Origin: the human T2T-CHM13v2.0 reference genome, Homo sapiens
Reading direction: 5' to 3' (one strand)
Length of the DNA stretch: 64,000 nt
Assembly: GCF_009914755.1 (NCBI RefSeq)
Contig: NC_060934.1
The translations under genes were made by a program, and so were the position numbers. The notes under the pieces are model-generated. The model saw nothing but the letters and a program-made list of their open reading frames with translations, was not told the DNA's origin and did not search any database. The stretch's first letter is position 1. Every line of letters begins with the position of its first letter. This document shows, piece after piece, positions 46,267 through 63,640 of this stretch.

Positions 46267-49200
46267 TAATACAGTGTCATTTTTAATGGCTGTGTTTTCT
46301 ATGAAGGAGTGTCTACAATGGTTCTCCCTCTTTTTGTGGTGGCAATGTTGGTGAATGCCCAAATGTCTTGTGAAAACAACCAAAAGCCTCAACTGGGACA
46401 GATCAATCTATCATTACCTCTGAGTAAATGAGGATACCTGAACATCCAGTTCCTTAGCCCTCCATAATTTCTTAGAGGTCATTGTGTTTTGGAGTACTAT
46501 TGAAGATGTCAACTTTATTCTAGCAGGCCCTATATGATGAAGAGCCTACTAACTTTTGAGATCATGTATTTCACGTTGTACATTATATTTTATCTGAGTG
46601 CTTCTCATCCTTTAATAGAGAACCCCAAGCAAGATGTTTGCATGGGAAATCTTGTGCCTTTTAAAACTTTCTGCCTGCTTTAGTGCATCAACCTGTGATT
46701 ATTGATTTTTAAAAATTTTAACCCATAACCTATCTCTTATAAGCTTCCCTAAAAACTAAGATTGATAGGGGATTTTATGCCATTACAGAAAAATATATGT
46801 TTAATAGAATCCTTTATTTTCTGATACTTTTATCCTGAAGTAACTAGAGTAAAGCTGACCCTTTAAAATCTAAAATCAAATGAGAAAGATACAGGCTTTC
46901 TAATGTTGAAGTGTAATGGCTAAATTAAGATAAGGGAGAAACTTGGAAATTAGGAAAAGGTACACTTAGATTTCTTCATCAGAAATCATAATGACTAAAA
47001 TGAGGGTGTCTATTCCCTTTGAATCCTAAAAGAGGAATTCTCAAATTAAAAAAGGCAGTCTTAATACAATATGTGGTAACTATATGGGGACTTACTACCC
47101 CAATAAAAAATAGAAATAAAATCAAACCAAGTTTAGATCAGTTCTTTGATAAAATATTGCTATTGGGCTTTAGTAAGGAGATGTTAGGGGTATGTTTCTG
47201 TAATATATTGGTTACTGTCTTGGAGGACAGCCATCATAGTTTTTTCTGAGCCATCTGTTGGTGTCATTGTCAAAAGTGAACTCTTTGGCATTTGGACCAT
47301 TGATGCAACCAAATATGTCATTTTTCTTCAGAATTGTAATGTTTGTAGGCTTTTTCCATCTTGATTCACTTTATTCCAGCCTGATTCACAATTATTCCTT
47401 TACAGAACAGCTTGTATTCGACAAAGCTGTGAAAAAAATCACTCTTCTCTAAATAAGGTTCTTTTTTTGATTAGAAATCCCATCTTTGCAGTTAAAACAT
47501 TTGTAAACATAACACAATTTAGATAGAGCTGATTGACTTTTCAAGACTGCTATTTTTATAATGGAAAAGAATTTTTCTTAAAGAAGCAATTTGGTGATGG
47601 GGCCCTTAGAATGTCCTTGAAAACAGCTGGAATTTACTGCTAGCATATATTGGGTCAGATGAATGAGGGAGCATGGGTTTGGCTGATTTGCAATGTTCAA
47701 GAAATATTGATATTCTTAGAAGACAATACAGAATATATGTTGGGTCTTATTTTCCAGAATGTCAAAGTGTCCTTCATATGCCTTTTGTTCTGTGAGATAA
47801 CAGTTGTTGGTGATCCTGAAAGATGTTTTAGAACTTTCATCCTGCAGTATCTGAAAGGAAATGTAGCCAAGATTGGAAAATTTAACCTCCATACTCTACT
47901 GGCTTCTTTAGTTGGAGTAGTGGTCAATATGTTCTTGCTGTTGGAATATACTTAGGCGAGAGAGCCACACAACCTGCCTGATGAACAACTAAAATATTGA
48001 CTGGCAATGGTAACAAAATAAAACATGTTCCCCTCCGCCTGTCTCTTCCTTCTTTTCTCAAATCCCTGGAACTGTATAGATTTTTCAGGGCTGTTCTCCT
48101 GAGCTATTGATGAAATGAAAATAATAGCACTTGTGTAGCAGTCCTTAGAAAACTGTAATGGTATTGAGCTGAGGCTGGAATCATATAAAATAAATACTAG
48201 AGCTTTGATTCCTCTCTCATTTAATCTTTTCCTGGGCTTTTCTAGAGGAGAGTCAAACTAAGATTTAGACAAATATAAATAGAAGCAAGTCACACAGTGT
48301 AATGTTGCAACCCAGATATAACTTGAACCCAGTCTTTTACTTGATAAAGAGGAGATAATTGTAATTGTTGTTAATCTATCAAACACCTTTCCCTTTTCAG
48401 AAGGGTTTTAAAAAATAAAGTAGTTCTTAAGGCATGTTCACTTTCTATCTACCTAAAAGTGCTAATCTGTAAGTGCCCTACTATATATAACACTGAGAAA
48501 ATTTCTGCCTTATCAGAGGAGGGCATGCCCAGGATTGGTGCCAGGTGTTGTGTTATGCTAGGCTGCCTCCAAAAGTTACTCTCAAAAACTACTCTTCAGT
48601 TGGGCCCTTTGTGGTCAGGAAAAAAAAAAAGTGATACAGTATAATGAAAGAGAGGTCAAAACAGTTAAGTAATTTAGAAATAAAAAGACATACCAAAACA
48701 TTGATTCTCTATTATTATCAGGGACTATGGCGTATTTTAAATTCTGTAAATTTTATTTTTCCAGAGGTTGCAAATGGCCTGTAAATGCTTCAGTTATTAA
48801 CAACAACAACAACACATACACACATACACACTGGCCAACAATTCCTCTTTGTTACCCTTTTTCTACCGCAAATTTTATCTCCTCCTCACCAAAAAACAAA
48901 CTGCATTTTGATTTTGGGAAAATTGTTCTAAAATGGGACTTTAAAAATAATTCCTGGCTGGCTTGACTGGATTGGCAGATGTCCAGCAATGCCAAACCAT
49001 TTGCCATCTGCCAGTAGTAAGCATGGTTACCACTTTTAATCGTTTAGCTCTCTATTTCAGGTTGCTCATATTCAGTACAAATTATGAATATTCGCCTTCC
49101 AGGGATGAATTAATTCTTGGGCCAGATTGTTCCTGTTCCATTTAATAAAATGTCTTTCCTCCTATATGAATATTCCCCTTAAAATGAGCTATTATACAAC

Positions 49201-50635
49201 TCACATCTTATTAGTAGGGCCACTTTTAAAGGTGCTTTGCTATTTTCATTTTCTGCTTCTAGATGAACAGCTATATTACAAAGCATTCTTTAAATGTGCT
49301 GTTTTGTGCTATGTAAGATCACCATTTTAATTAGAGATCAGTAACAGTATTTCGTCATTTCCCTCTTCCATCCTGGACAATAATTTGATACAATAAAGCA
49401 ATTACACTGGGCTCTGGGTGGGAATAGAGCTGTGAGAGTTAGACTTAAACTTTTGTAGAAGAGAAGACTTAATTCTTGCATTTTGTACATAAAATTAGGT
49501 CAGTGACTTGTAGAACATTATCACTGCGTCTCAGATCTCACTTGCCAGCACGTAGGAAGTTTGTTTTGGTTTCAAAATGTACTTTACCCCATGGTGGCTG
49601 GCAGGGTACAATACTATTGACATCACTGTGTTTCAAATAGAAAGTTAACAAGTAGCTACTGTTGTGATTGCAGATTGCCTTCCCAGTCCCTGTGAGAGAA
49701 TGCTTTTTCTTTTGGACAGCAACACTTCTCAGCCCCTTGGTACCATTAAATCAGCCAATGGGGGCTGCCAGAATAGAGATGAACACCAACAAAAGGCCAA
49801 AGAGTAGAAAAACTGTTAATAAGGCAAAAATCTTTAATCAGTTTCCAAATTGATGTGAAAGATAATTAAAAAATATTCTCTCCCATCGATGGCTAAGTTT
49901 TGACAGTAGTCCAGGTTCAGAGCCTGATCTCTCTAGAGAGGAGTATCCCTTCCCTCTACCCAGACCCCTGGAAAGTTGCCAAAGGAAAATAAGCTATTTT
50001 GTATTTAGAACAAATTGCCACTGTTTTCTCCAGTGATGTAGCCCTATTTCCCAGACTTTGAAACTTGGAATACAGAAAGTTCTTGTGTGACCAAAGAAGA
50101 AATATGGTGAATGAATGATCAAGTTTTTCTTTTTAACTAAATCCTTATAAACAGATAAGAGAGGGGAAGTATGCATAGAAACTAAATTTAGCACAGAATG
50201 GATGTCAAGTGAGCAATTTCTGTTAAATCACTTTGGAGTTTGGGTTCCTTGTGGGAGTTCCAGTGAAGAACAAATGCCTCTGGAACAAGATTTAATTATT
50301 TTTTTTTTTTTCAAATGAGGCTGTCAAAAATGAAGTCTTCCTTAGACATGAATGCAGGATAATTAAAAAAAATAGTTGTTTATATGTTCTGCACTATAGT
50401 CTTCAACTTAGCAAGCAGTCCATGGATCTGGTAAGCATACACTAGTTTCTCATTTATTACATGGGATTAAGAACTGTTGACTTAATTTTTTTCTTCTTTG
50501 CATTGTGGAATATTGCTTTTTAGACTTTCCCTTCTCATACCTTGGTTTTCTTAGCTGTTTGTTTTCCTAGTCCTAGGCCCCTTTCACTGTAAATACTTTG
50601 ATAAAGTCATTCTGTTGTAAAAGCTGCAGTTCTTA

Positions 50636-51003
<368 letters not shown>

Positions 51004-51982
51004 TTACTCTACATGTAGACATCTTTGGTGGTATGCACCTTATTAACATTTGCTGGTGATTTCAGCTGCACCAGAAAAAAAAAAGGTTAAGAGTTCTGGC
51101 ATTCATAAATAGATCTCTCACAAATGCTGGCCTGGCATCTGATTATACTGTTTGGAGGTCCTGGTGTTGATTGTTACCTCAACTTTGGTGAGTTAGAGAG
51201 TCCCAGAAACATCCACTAGAAGTATTACATCTCTCCTCCCCACTGTGTGCCAGTCATTCTGTTTATTTGAAAAACAGAAATGACTAAAAGTATGGATTCA
51301 CTCTCAATTGAAATACAGTGTGATTAGTATGAAATCAAGTATCATCTGAGGAAGGAGTATGGCAAGGATGATCTTGTGGAAGAAATTGTTTGGCCATGGC
51401 CTGAAAATGAGTTAGATGCCCACCAGGTGGACATTTGGAGAGAATGCATTCCAGGTAGAGATATTGGCAAGTATAAAAGCACATTTGGTTATGGAAGAGG
51501 TTTGCAAGGGTATGAGTTATGGGAAATGAGGCTGGAAAGGTGGTAGGCAGAGGACTAAATTATAGTCTTCAAACAGGTAAAGATTATACTACTGACAACT
51601 TGAAAAATCGTTATAGCATTTAGCTCAGTGGTATAATAAGGCACTATTGTTTACTGATGATAATTGTTATTGACTGAGTGGCACTTCATGTTCTTCATAT
51701 TTCTGAGTTGTAAAGACTAAATGACATTTCAGCCTATGTGGTATCTGTGTAGTTTGAGAAAGAATATGTGACTATTTTGTCATCATTAATTTACATCTCC
51801 CTTTCCTCTCTCTTCCATATCTTCTCTCCCTTCTCCCCTGTCCCTTCTTTTTCCCTCTCCAAACCTTTGAGAGACATAATCCCAGCCATGAGTCAAAAAT
51901 GATGTTCCAAAGTCCATAGTGATGTGTTGTGATTTGCTGTAGCAGTTTGAACATAGATTCCTGGAGGCCCTGGGATGTAGTA

Positions 51983-52208
51983 CAGGTTGAGCATCCCAAG
52001 TCCACAAATCTGAAATGCTCCAAAATCTGAAACATTTTGAGTGTCAACATGACTCTCAACAGAAATGCTCATTGGAGCATATCAGACTTAGGATTTTTGG
52101 ATTTGGGATGCTCAGCTGAGTATAATGCAAATATTCCAAAATCTGAAAAAATGAGAAATCCAAAACATTTCTGGTCCTAAGCATTTCACATAAGGAATAC
52201 TCAACCTG
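51983..52208. mobile_element. Tigger4/MER46-like MITE
   Basis: Terminal inverted repeats CAGGTTGAG...CTCAACCTG; internal AAATCTGAAATGCTCCAAAATCTGAAAC. Confidence 0.82.
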
Positions 52209-52899
52209 TCTGAAATAATATGAAATTTGAAGTCTTCTTTTAAAAACACATTTTGCATTATCTGTGTTTGTTTTTATATAAAATATTTTTCTTCCAAATT
52301 TTTGAAAAAATTATGACTTCTGGAAAGGATAGTATAACCCTGTGGCTTCAAATATCCTCTGGCTCAGTGTTGAATACCTCTAGAGGTATATATAGCCTAT
52401 GCTAAGAACTATTTATATTTTATTGAAAGAAAGTGGTTTTAAAAAGTCTCCCAAGAATAAGTAACATGCATCTCAACCATTTTAATTCTTATTTGTATAC
52501 AGATAAGCCCTTTCATGCTGAGGCTGACAATGTGACAGAATAATTTATATTATTATATTATATATTATATGTAATTTGTAGAATTTGCAGCTTTATTATA
52601 CCACTTGTTAATATTTCTATTTGATTATTTTATAAGATACCAATTAAGAAGGCTATTTAAGTGAAAGCTGCTTTTTTGAAAAGTGAGAAGAGAGTCCCAG
52701 CTATTTTCCTAAGTTTTTATTTCTGTCATCATTGAGTCCCATGACTACCACAATCAGATCTGACACTAGGGACCTGCCACTTGCCACGTTACTACCTGGG
52801 AGTTAACAGTCTGTTTATTTTCTGTGAAGTAGATAATATATGAGTTGTAGGTGAAACATACGATTATCAAATGCCATTTTGTAGAAATAGCTTGTTTAG

Positions 52900-53206
<307 letters not shown>

Positions 53207-54725
53207 TTTGTTTAGCTTTCTTATTTCATGAACCGAATAAGCTGAACAGCAGAATATGATCATACATGTTTTAGTAAATAAAACTCATGAACCACAATAT
53301 GCTTTTGATATATCAGGATCCATTTTTAATGTCATTTTTCATTAGGAAAACAGGCAGGCAGGGTTTTTTGGGGGGATAAATTTGGGTTTTCAGAAGATTC
53401 TCAACACATTAAGTTTTAGAGACACTTTGGTATATATGTGTAGGAAAAGTAGCTAGCTGCTGTCACGTGCAGGAGTGTGTGTTGGGAGTTGAGAAACCTG
53501 GCCACAAGCCACTGCAGCTTTGAAGAATGTGGCTCATGAGAGGACTCATAGTTCATTACGTAACATTCAGCAGAGCGGAAAATATAAGCACTGTCTCCAT
53601 CACTTGACTTGCTTTCCATTTTGATTTAGTTATCTGGTAAAGTCTAGGTATCCTATAGTGGAAGAATGAAAGACAAGCAGGTTCCAATGAAGGACCATGC
53701 TTCCAAAGGCATCAGCCAGTGGATCGTTTGTGGGGCCAGGCGGGGGTTAGATCTATTATTGTTGGACAGGGGTATTAGAGTTTTGAAAGACTACTTGAAA
53801 AACATAATCAAATGATACTTGGAGTTTGTTCCGAAAGGGTATTCTTTCCTCTCTCTTCCCACAACAGTGTGCGCTTCCTATTATAGTTGATATACCTGTG
53901 CTTTAAAATAGCACAGCTACTAGTAGAGGCCATTTTATACCAAAATCATTTCCCTTCATGTTCTGTGGTACATCAGTTTGGCAGTAGAGGTTACAGAGTT
54001 TGAAATCAAAAGGAGCATTGGTTCCTTCAGGGAAAAATGATACCAATCTACCAAAATAAAAGCCAAACAGACTCTCATTGTTCTTTATCCCACAAGGGGC
54101 TTGCCCTTTTTGAAGGTGTGGTTAATTTTGATAGGACTCTTCTCTCTAACAGGGTTAGTGGCTGGGAATTACCTTTTCCCCTGGGCAAAACCCACTTTAA
54201 AATCTCATTTTAAAACAGAACTCAAAGTGTCTTTGAAAATAAAAGTACTTTGGGAACTCTTCATTGTGTAACCCCATCCCTCTCAGCAAGGGGACTCCAG
54301 TTTTCTCACAGGGCACTTCCTGCTGCAGTACCTAATTCTAACTTTGTTTTACTATAACTCATGCTAAAATAGGAAAGGTTTCAGCTTTACAGTTTTTATT
54401 AGCTGTTCATGTGTTTTTAAAAAGTATGTGTTAAATAAAAATAAAGTAAATGTCCACCAAGGAGCTAAATTTTTAAAAATCAGTTTCCATTAAGTCTAGT
54501 TCTATAAATGTTTCAGTACCAGGTTTTTTCTACTTGCTGTTTGTCTAGTGTTCATCATAATATTCAGAAGAGCAGCCTTAACTTTCCCCAACCTTCTTTC
54601 CCTTCTTTTACTAGAGGTGCAGGACCATGCCTTTCATGAATCGTTATTCTCTATGTCAGCTCTTCTCTCCCTTGGAGACTTGAAAAACATCGTCATATGA
54701 TACTTGCAGTTTTTTTCCTCAGTGA

Positions 54726-55119
<394 letters not shown>

Positions 55120-56012
55120 TGATTTGGCAGCCTCATACAGGAGGCTCTTGAGCTACCAGTCACATGAGAATGAAGGCAAGAAAAGAAGGGACCAGATGGC
55201 ATCAAAAGATATGCCTTTCTAGGTCACTGGTGGTTAAGCTTGCAATCTGGTTACCAACAGGGAGACTTATGGGGGAAAGGGTGGAGAGCAGCATCATTGA
55301 AAAGGAAGAATAATTTTGCCATACAATTGCTGTTCTAAGAATTTGCAGGAGAGAAAAAAAACTTAGACACTGAGGAGAATCGATTTTTCTGATTTAACTC
55401 TTTCCAGTTTACAGTTACAGGGCATCCATTGCTCTTGGAAGGGTACATTTACCTAAGTGGCAGCTAAGGACATGTGGTAACTGTGTGCATTATTTGGATG
55501 GGACTCTCCCTCTTGGTCAGCTGCTGTTCTTCAACTGCCATTAACCATTTGTTATTCTACTCTCCAAATGCCTGTTTCATTTAAATACAAAAACTTAAGG
55601 AAATGACATTTATCTTCCACAGGTACACCTCTGTCCACAAGAGCAGAGGAAATAATTCACTGTTCATCTTTCATATTAATACCGATTTTGGAGGACTGTA
55701 TTTACAAAATATGAAGAATGGCATCACTGGCCTTTGTGAGATATCTCAGGGTATATTTTCTTGGTGTAAGCTGTATCTCAGAGCAGATGAATAATTATTT
55801 GACAATAAAATGTTCAGTAGTGGCTAAAAAAAATATCTTTTAGAGCATTCTGCCTTCCCTGTTCATTTAGGCATTTTTCAAACTTTGGTCTGGGTACCTC
55901 CTGATTTGTCGGTGCATTGCAGATCCTCAGACAGCTGAAACTAGCTGATTATTTCCATATAGAATTCCAGCTCAGTTGTTTTCCCTTGAAGGAGAGAAAA
56001 TAAGGCATTTTA

Positions 56013-56371
56013 AATTTTATGTTTAAACTTGGTCCCAGTCTATAAATTTAGGTCCTTTACTTTTTAAATTACCTAGAAAATCCTCGCTTTTTCATACACA
56101 AATTCTATATTATTCAAGTCCAAAGTCAAATTTGAACCTCTTTTACAGGTCTACCTCCTCCAATTACAATCTCTCCATTTATTCAGATTTTTTCAATTTT
56201 ATGTTTAAACTTGGTCCCAATCCATAAATTTAGGTCCTTTACTTTTAAAATTACCTAGCAAATCCTCACTTTTTCATAGACAAATTCAATATTCTTTAAG
56301 TCCAAAGTCAGATTTCAACCTCTTTTACAAGTCTCCCTCCTCTGATTACAATCTCTCGATTTATTCAGATT
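56013..56371. repeat. 182-bp tandem duplication, ~9% diverged
   Basis: Units start at 56013 and 56195; about 16 substitutions in 177 aligned nt by manual count, no indels. Confidence 0.93.
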
Positions 56372-56680
56372 CTGTTGTCCTTGATATCTGTATGACTCAT
56401 TCAGTATGGACCAAATGAAACAAAGTAATATGTTTCTTTCTGTAGTCTTGAGTGTAAACTCTTAAAGTTAACATTTTTTTTTTTACTTTTCCTTCTCAAG
56501 CAAGTGTCTGGAACAGTGCTGAGTATGTAAAATCCATGTAATAAATACATGGAATGATTAAAGAGAGAAAAAATTTTAATATGTTAGTTATTTTCATTCT
56601 AGGTTTTAGCAAGTATCACAAAACGGAAAATAGACTCACCTTTCTTTTCCTTGATGTGAAAGTTTATGGAATCATTTTGA

Positions 56681-57030
<350 letters not shown>

Positions 57031-58562
57031 TAAAAGATAATTCTTACATATACTGAAGTTTTGGAGTTAATTTGAACAAAATTGACAAGGTATTCTTGCG
57101 GTAATGTGCTTGTTAACTTTACTAGTTGCTTTGTTGAGTTTTTTAGAAGACTGAATTTAAAGCAGGATTGTCTATTAGTGTAGCTGCCAGTCTTTGTTTC
57201 CACGCTCCAGTCATATTATATGAGTGCAGTTGTTATCATATGCCATAATAATCTTAATGAAGAGTTTAAAGGCACTTTTTACTCTGGTGTTTTGTTGTTG
57301 TTGCTGTTTGTTTGCTTTTTTTGGTCTGCTGAGCAAGAGCACTGTGGTCACATGAGAATCCTCACCTAAGAAATTTTCCAGTTAAAAATGAAAATTTTGT
57401 TAAAGGTTCTATGCATTTGGGTAGTACAGCAGGGGAGGAAAGTGACTTTGAAGTTGTTAAATATCATTAAGGAGAATCCATTGATATACCTTTGATTTAG
57501 GGATTCCTTTATCCACACCAGTTACGTCAGGTTTCAGCCTGGACCCAATTATTAGACCTGAGGTACTGAACTCAATAAAGAAATTTGAAATGGAAATACT
57601 GTCAGACCTTTAACTATAGTTAGGTTAGTAGGTGCTAGAAGAATCTTAATTCATTAGCCAAACCTCTGACCTCACTACCCTTAATCATCCTTGCTTGTCA
57701 TGACATAATTGGCTGCTTATTGCCTTCTCCTACCTCTCTTTTCAAATTGCTAGCCTTTGAGAATTTCACTTGACATTATTTCTTGTCTATTAAGACAGAG
57801 AAAGCGCATAGTTTGGTGTGTGAATTAGCAAAACCATTTTAGTCCTCTTTCAGAAGAGAATGGAGGGTGTGTGTTTTGTTCTTGATGCAGTTAAGACAGT
57901 TACCAAAAGTTCAATTATAGGTCTTTAAGGACTAGGGGTAAACTGTGAACGTATTTGTGGATTTTCTTTTCAGATATGCTGTTAACTGCTGAATTACCTT
58001 ACCCCTTATGAAACACAGGACCAAAGATGTGGACTAGTATTGTTTTAGGATGAAGTTAAATACTCAGAACTCTCTCATCACCATGATCATAGTTCTTTTA
58101 GGGCACAGGGAAGGTAAATCCATGAGGTTCTCTGCTAGCATTTCTAGGAGAAATTTCCCTCAACTTTCCCACAGGAAGGATAGATTAGAGAATGCAATGA
58201 CTTTCAGTAAGTAATTTTTGTCACCTGTTGTCCTTGTGGATTGGAGGCAGGTAGTGAGAGAGACGAGAGAGGAAGAGAAAAAAGAAATAAAAATTAAGCT
58301 AACGAGCTAGCACACTTAGATAGGAAGCAGGGGATTATTTTATGGGTTATTTCTGTGGCTAGAATTGACCACAGGGCATATATTTTGTCTAACCCTACCC
58401 TAGCTGGTCACAGAATTTTGCTGTTTCTGTTGTATTGGAGTATAAGAAATCAACATTTTTATAAGTGAAAAGTGGTTGAATATCAGAAATTTCATGTGGT
58501 TCAAACTAATATATAACAACATGTAACACACTGTAGGATGGCTACAGTTGTAGAGAGGTAGG

Positions 58563-58589
58563 GTGTGTGTGTGTGTGTGTGTGTGTGTG
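58563..58589. repeat. (GT)13 microsatellite
   Basis: Direct reading. Confidence 0.92.
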
Positions 58590-59023
58590 CCCACACACGT
58601 GCAAGCAAGTAAAAGGTGGGAGGGGGGAAATAGAAACTTGTGAGCATATTATATTCCCTTGGGGTACCATAGCTGAAAACCTCTCCTCTCGCCTGTGGTT
58701 TTAGTTATTCAAGATCAAATACAATTGTCCTGGTATGTTTTCACACTTCCATATTAATACAGTTGAGACAGTTTATGGGGTGAGTTAAAAAATAAACCAT
58801 CTTGACAGAGATTACCATTGGGGATAATAATCTAAAGTGAGTGTTGTCTAAAGAGTACAACAGAAATAGCAGAGACTGAAATGCGGCCACCCCTACATTC
58901 TTTGACAGTGGAGAATTAGGGGTGTGACATCTATCCTATAGGCTGAATAAATGCAAATTATTGTTTATCTTAAAATAGGTTTTATGATATTTCTAGTGAA
59001 ATAACCAGACTGTGCTGATTTGA

Positions 59024-59215
<192 letters not shown>

Positions 59216-59774
59216 TGATTCCTATTCATATACATCAGCTAGTTCACCATGCCCTCCTTAATAACTGACCTCAAGAGAAGTCTTTCTAAAAACTTACCAG
59301 CTAATCTGATGGGAACAACATAACCTGATTAAACTAAATTGTTTTGACAGCGTGGCCATTTGAAGAACTGAGAACACTAGGAAAATAACAATTACCCTCT
59401 TCATACTCGGAAGGCAGTTGTGCCCTCTGGTGGAGATGACTTCATTTGGCTGTGTCCTTCCGTATTTTTCCATCAAATACCATACTAGAGGAAGTTTCTC
59501 CGTGGAGATTACTTTACAGACTTTTAGAAGTCCATCTTGTTCAAGTAACATAGCATTCATTACATACACACAAAAGTAAAGACAAAACTATTTTTTATTT
59601 TTAAAAATATGTATTTATATGCATTCTCATTTTGGAGGCTTTAAAATGTATTTATATATTTTTATACACACTCACACATGTATATTCATTCATGTTTTCT
59701 CTGCTAAAGGAGGAATCAGTTTTATTGTTTGTACTGGACTATACACAAATGTAAAAATCATTTCATCATTTCAG

Positions 59775-59946
59775 AAACTTGAAGAAGCTGAAAGAAAAAG
59801 CCAGCACCAGCTCGAGAATTTGGAACGAGAACAGAGATTTTTAAAGTGGCGACTGGAACAGCTGCAGGGTCCTCAGGAGATGGAACGAATACGAATGGAC
59901 AGCATTGGATCAACTATTTCTTCAGATCGTTCTGATTCAGAGCGAG
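59775..59946 (+). CDS. MXI1: MXI1 exon 5: [57 protein letters not shown](E), leucine zipper
   Basis: Acceptor TTTCAG; donor GAG|GTAGGC; seen within ORF 59619-59981. Confidence 0.97.
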
Positions 59947-60149
59947 GTAGGCAGCTTGCCTCTTCTCTAATGAAATACTAAACATCTCTGTATCTGGATT
60001 TAGGGAAGGTATGTTGGGAGGCACTGTATTTGCTTTCTTTCTAGCCAACAGAGTAACATTGTAGGTTTTATGCAATCATAATATTGTCTACAGCAGTGCC
60101 AGTGTGGACTATAAAACTTTTTGTTTTTTCCTTGAAAAAAAATATATTT

Positions 60150-62190
<2,041 letters not shown>

Positions 62191-62699
62191 CTTTTTAACA
62201 CAACCCTAGGAGTTCTTGTTTTTCTGTTTTGTTATTTTTCTATGTAAAAGTTTATTTTTGTGTGGCAGTTTTCAAGAAAAGTCTACCAGAGGCAGTAGCA
62301 AGAACCTGAAGTACATGCTACATTTATCAGTAACAGTGAAATATAGCAGAAATAACCCTGACCTTGGTGTCCCAGTCTTTCCTCTATTGCTAACTAGCGG
62401 AAACCTCTTCTTAGGTCTTTAGGTTTTAGCTGTCCTTCCTGTTACCTCCTCCTTGTACCCACCCCAACTACCTCCAAATTTCAGAGAGGAGGGTGTATTT
62501 TCATCACTATAGCTCTCATTTTTTTTTAGTGTTCCCAGTGTACCTTACTTTAGTGGTACCTTACCAAGTACCATCCTTATCCTGAGCTGGCAACCTCCTT
62601 TTTGTAGTGTTATGGGGGCTTTTAGTTAACATCTGTGGTACACTTGGCTAAAGCAGTTTCTCATTTTACTTTGTTTTTTTGGGTTTTTAAAAAATTTTT

Positions 62700-62854
<155 letters not shown>

Positions 62855-63126
62855 TGACTGAGTTCAGCATGCTCTTTTGGATAGTGTGCCTTGTTATTAT
62901 CTTCTAGTTGTAGGTTGGATGAGTGTTCAGTGGTGCTGGGAAACAATGGCTTCTGAAGCAATTCGGATATAGAGCCAATATATGAATTCACAGATTATTT
63001 GGACAGCTGCCTACATTTTAAAAACATCTCTAGAATCTCTAAAACTTTTGAAGCAACAAGCCCTTTTGAAAAGTATATTCCTGGAAATAGCTTCACCCTG
63101 TCCTTTTGGCCTCACAAGAATCCACT

Positions 63127-63408
<282 letters not shown>

Positions 63409-63640
63409 GAATCCACTTTTTTTTTTTTTTAAAGCAGTTGTGATTAGTGTGAACCCTTAAAAAGTCAGTGCCAAATGTGAAACATCAGGCTTTGAATTTA
63501 AGTAAGGTAACTGAAAAATCCTGGGTTTCACTCTAGCTCTGATGGGAGAAAACAACTTTTTAACTCCTTTTTGTTTTTAACATGTGTATTGATTTATGTA
63601 TATTATTGATGATTGAATATCTAGTATTTAACAATTAAGA

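Noticed and set aside
59619-59981. 120-aa ORF as a standalone gene
   Set aside because: Only 59775-59946 is coding (MXI1 exon 5); the flanks are intronic read-through
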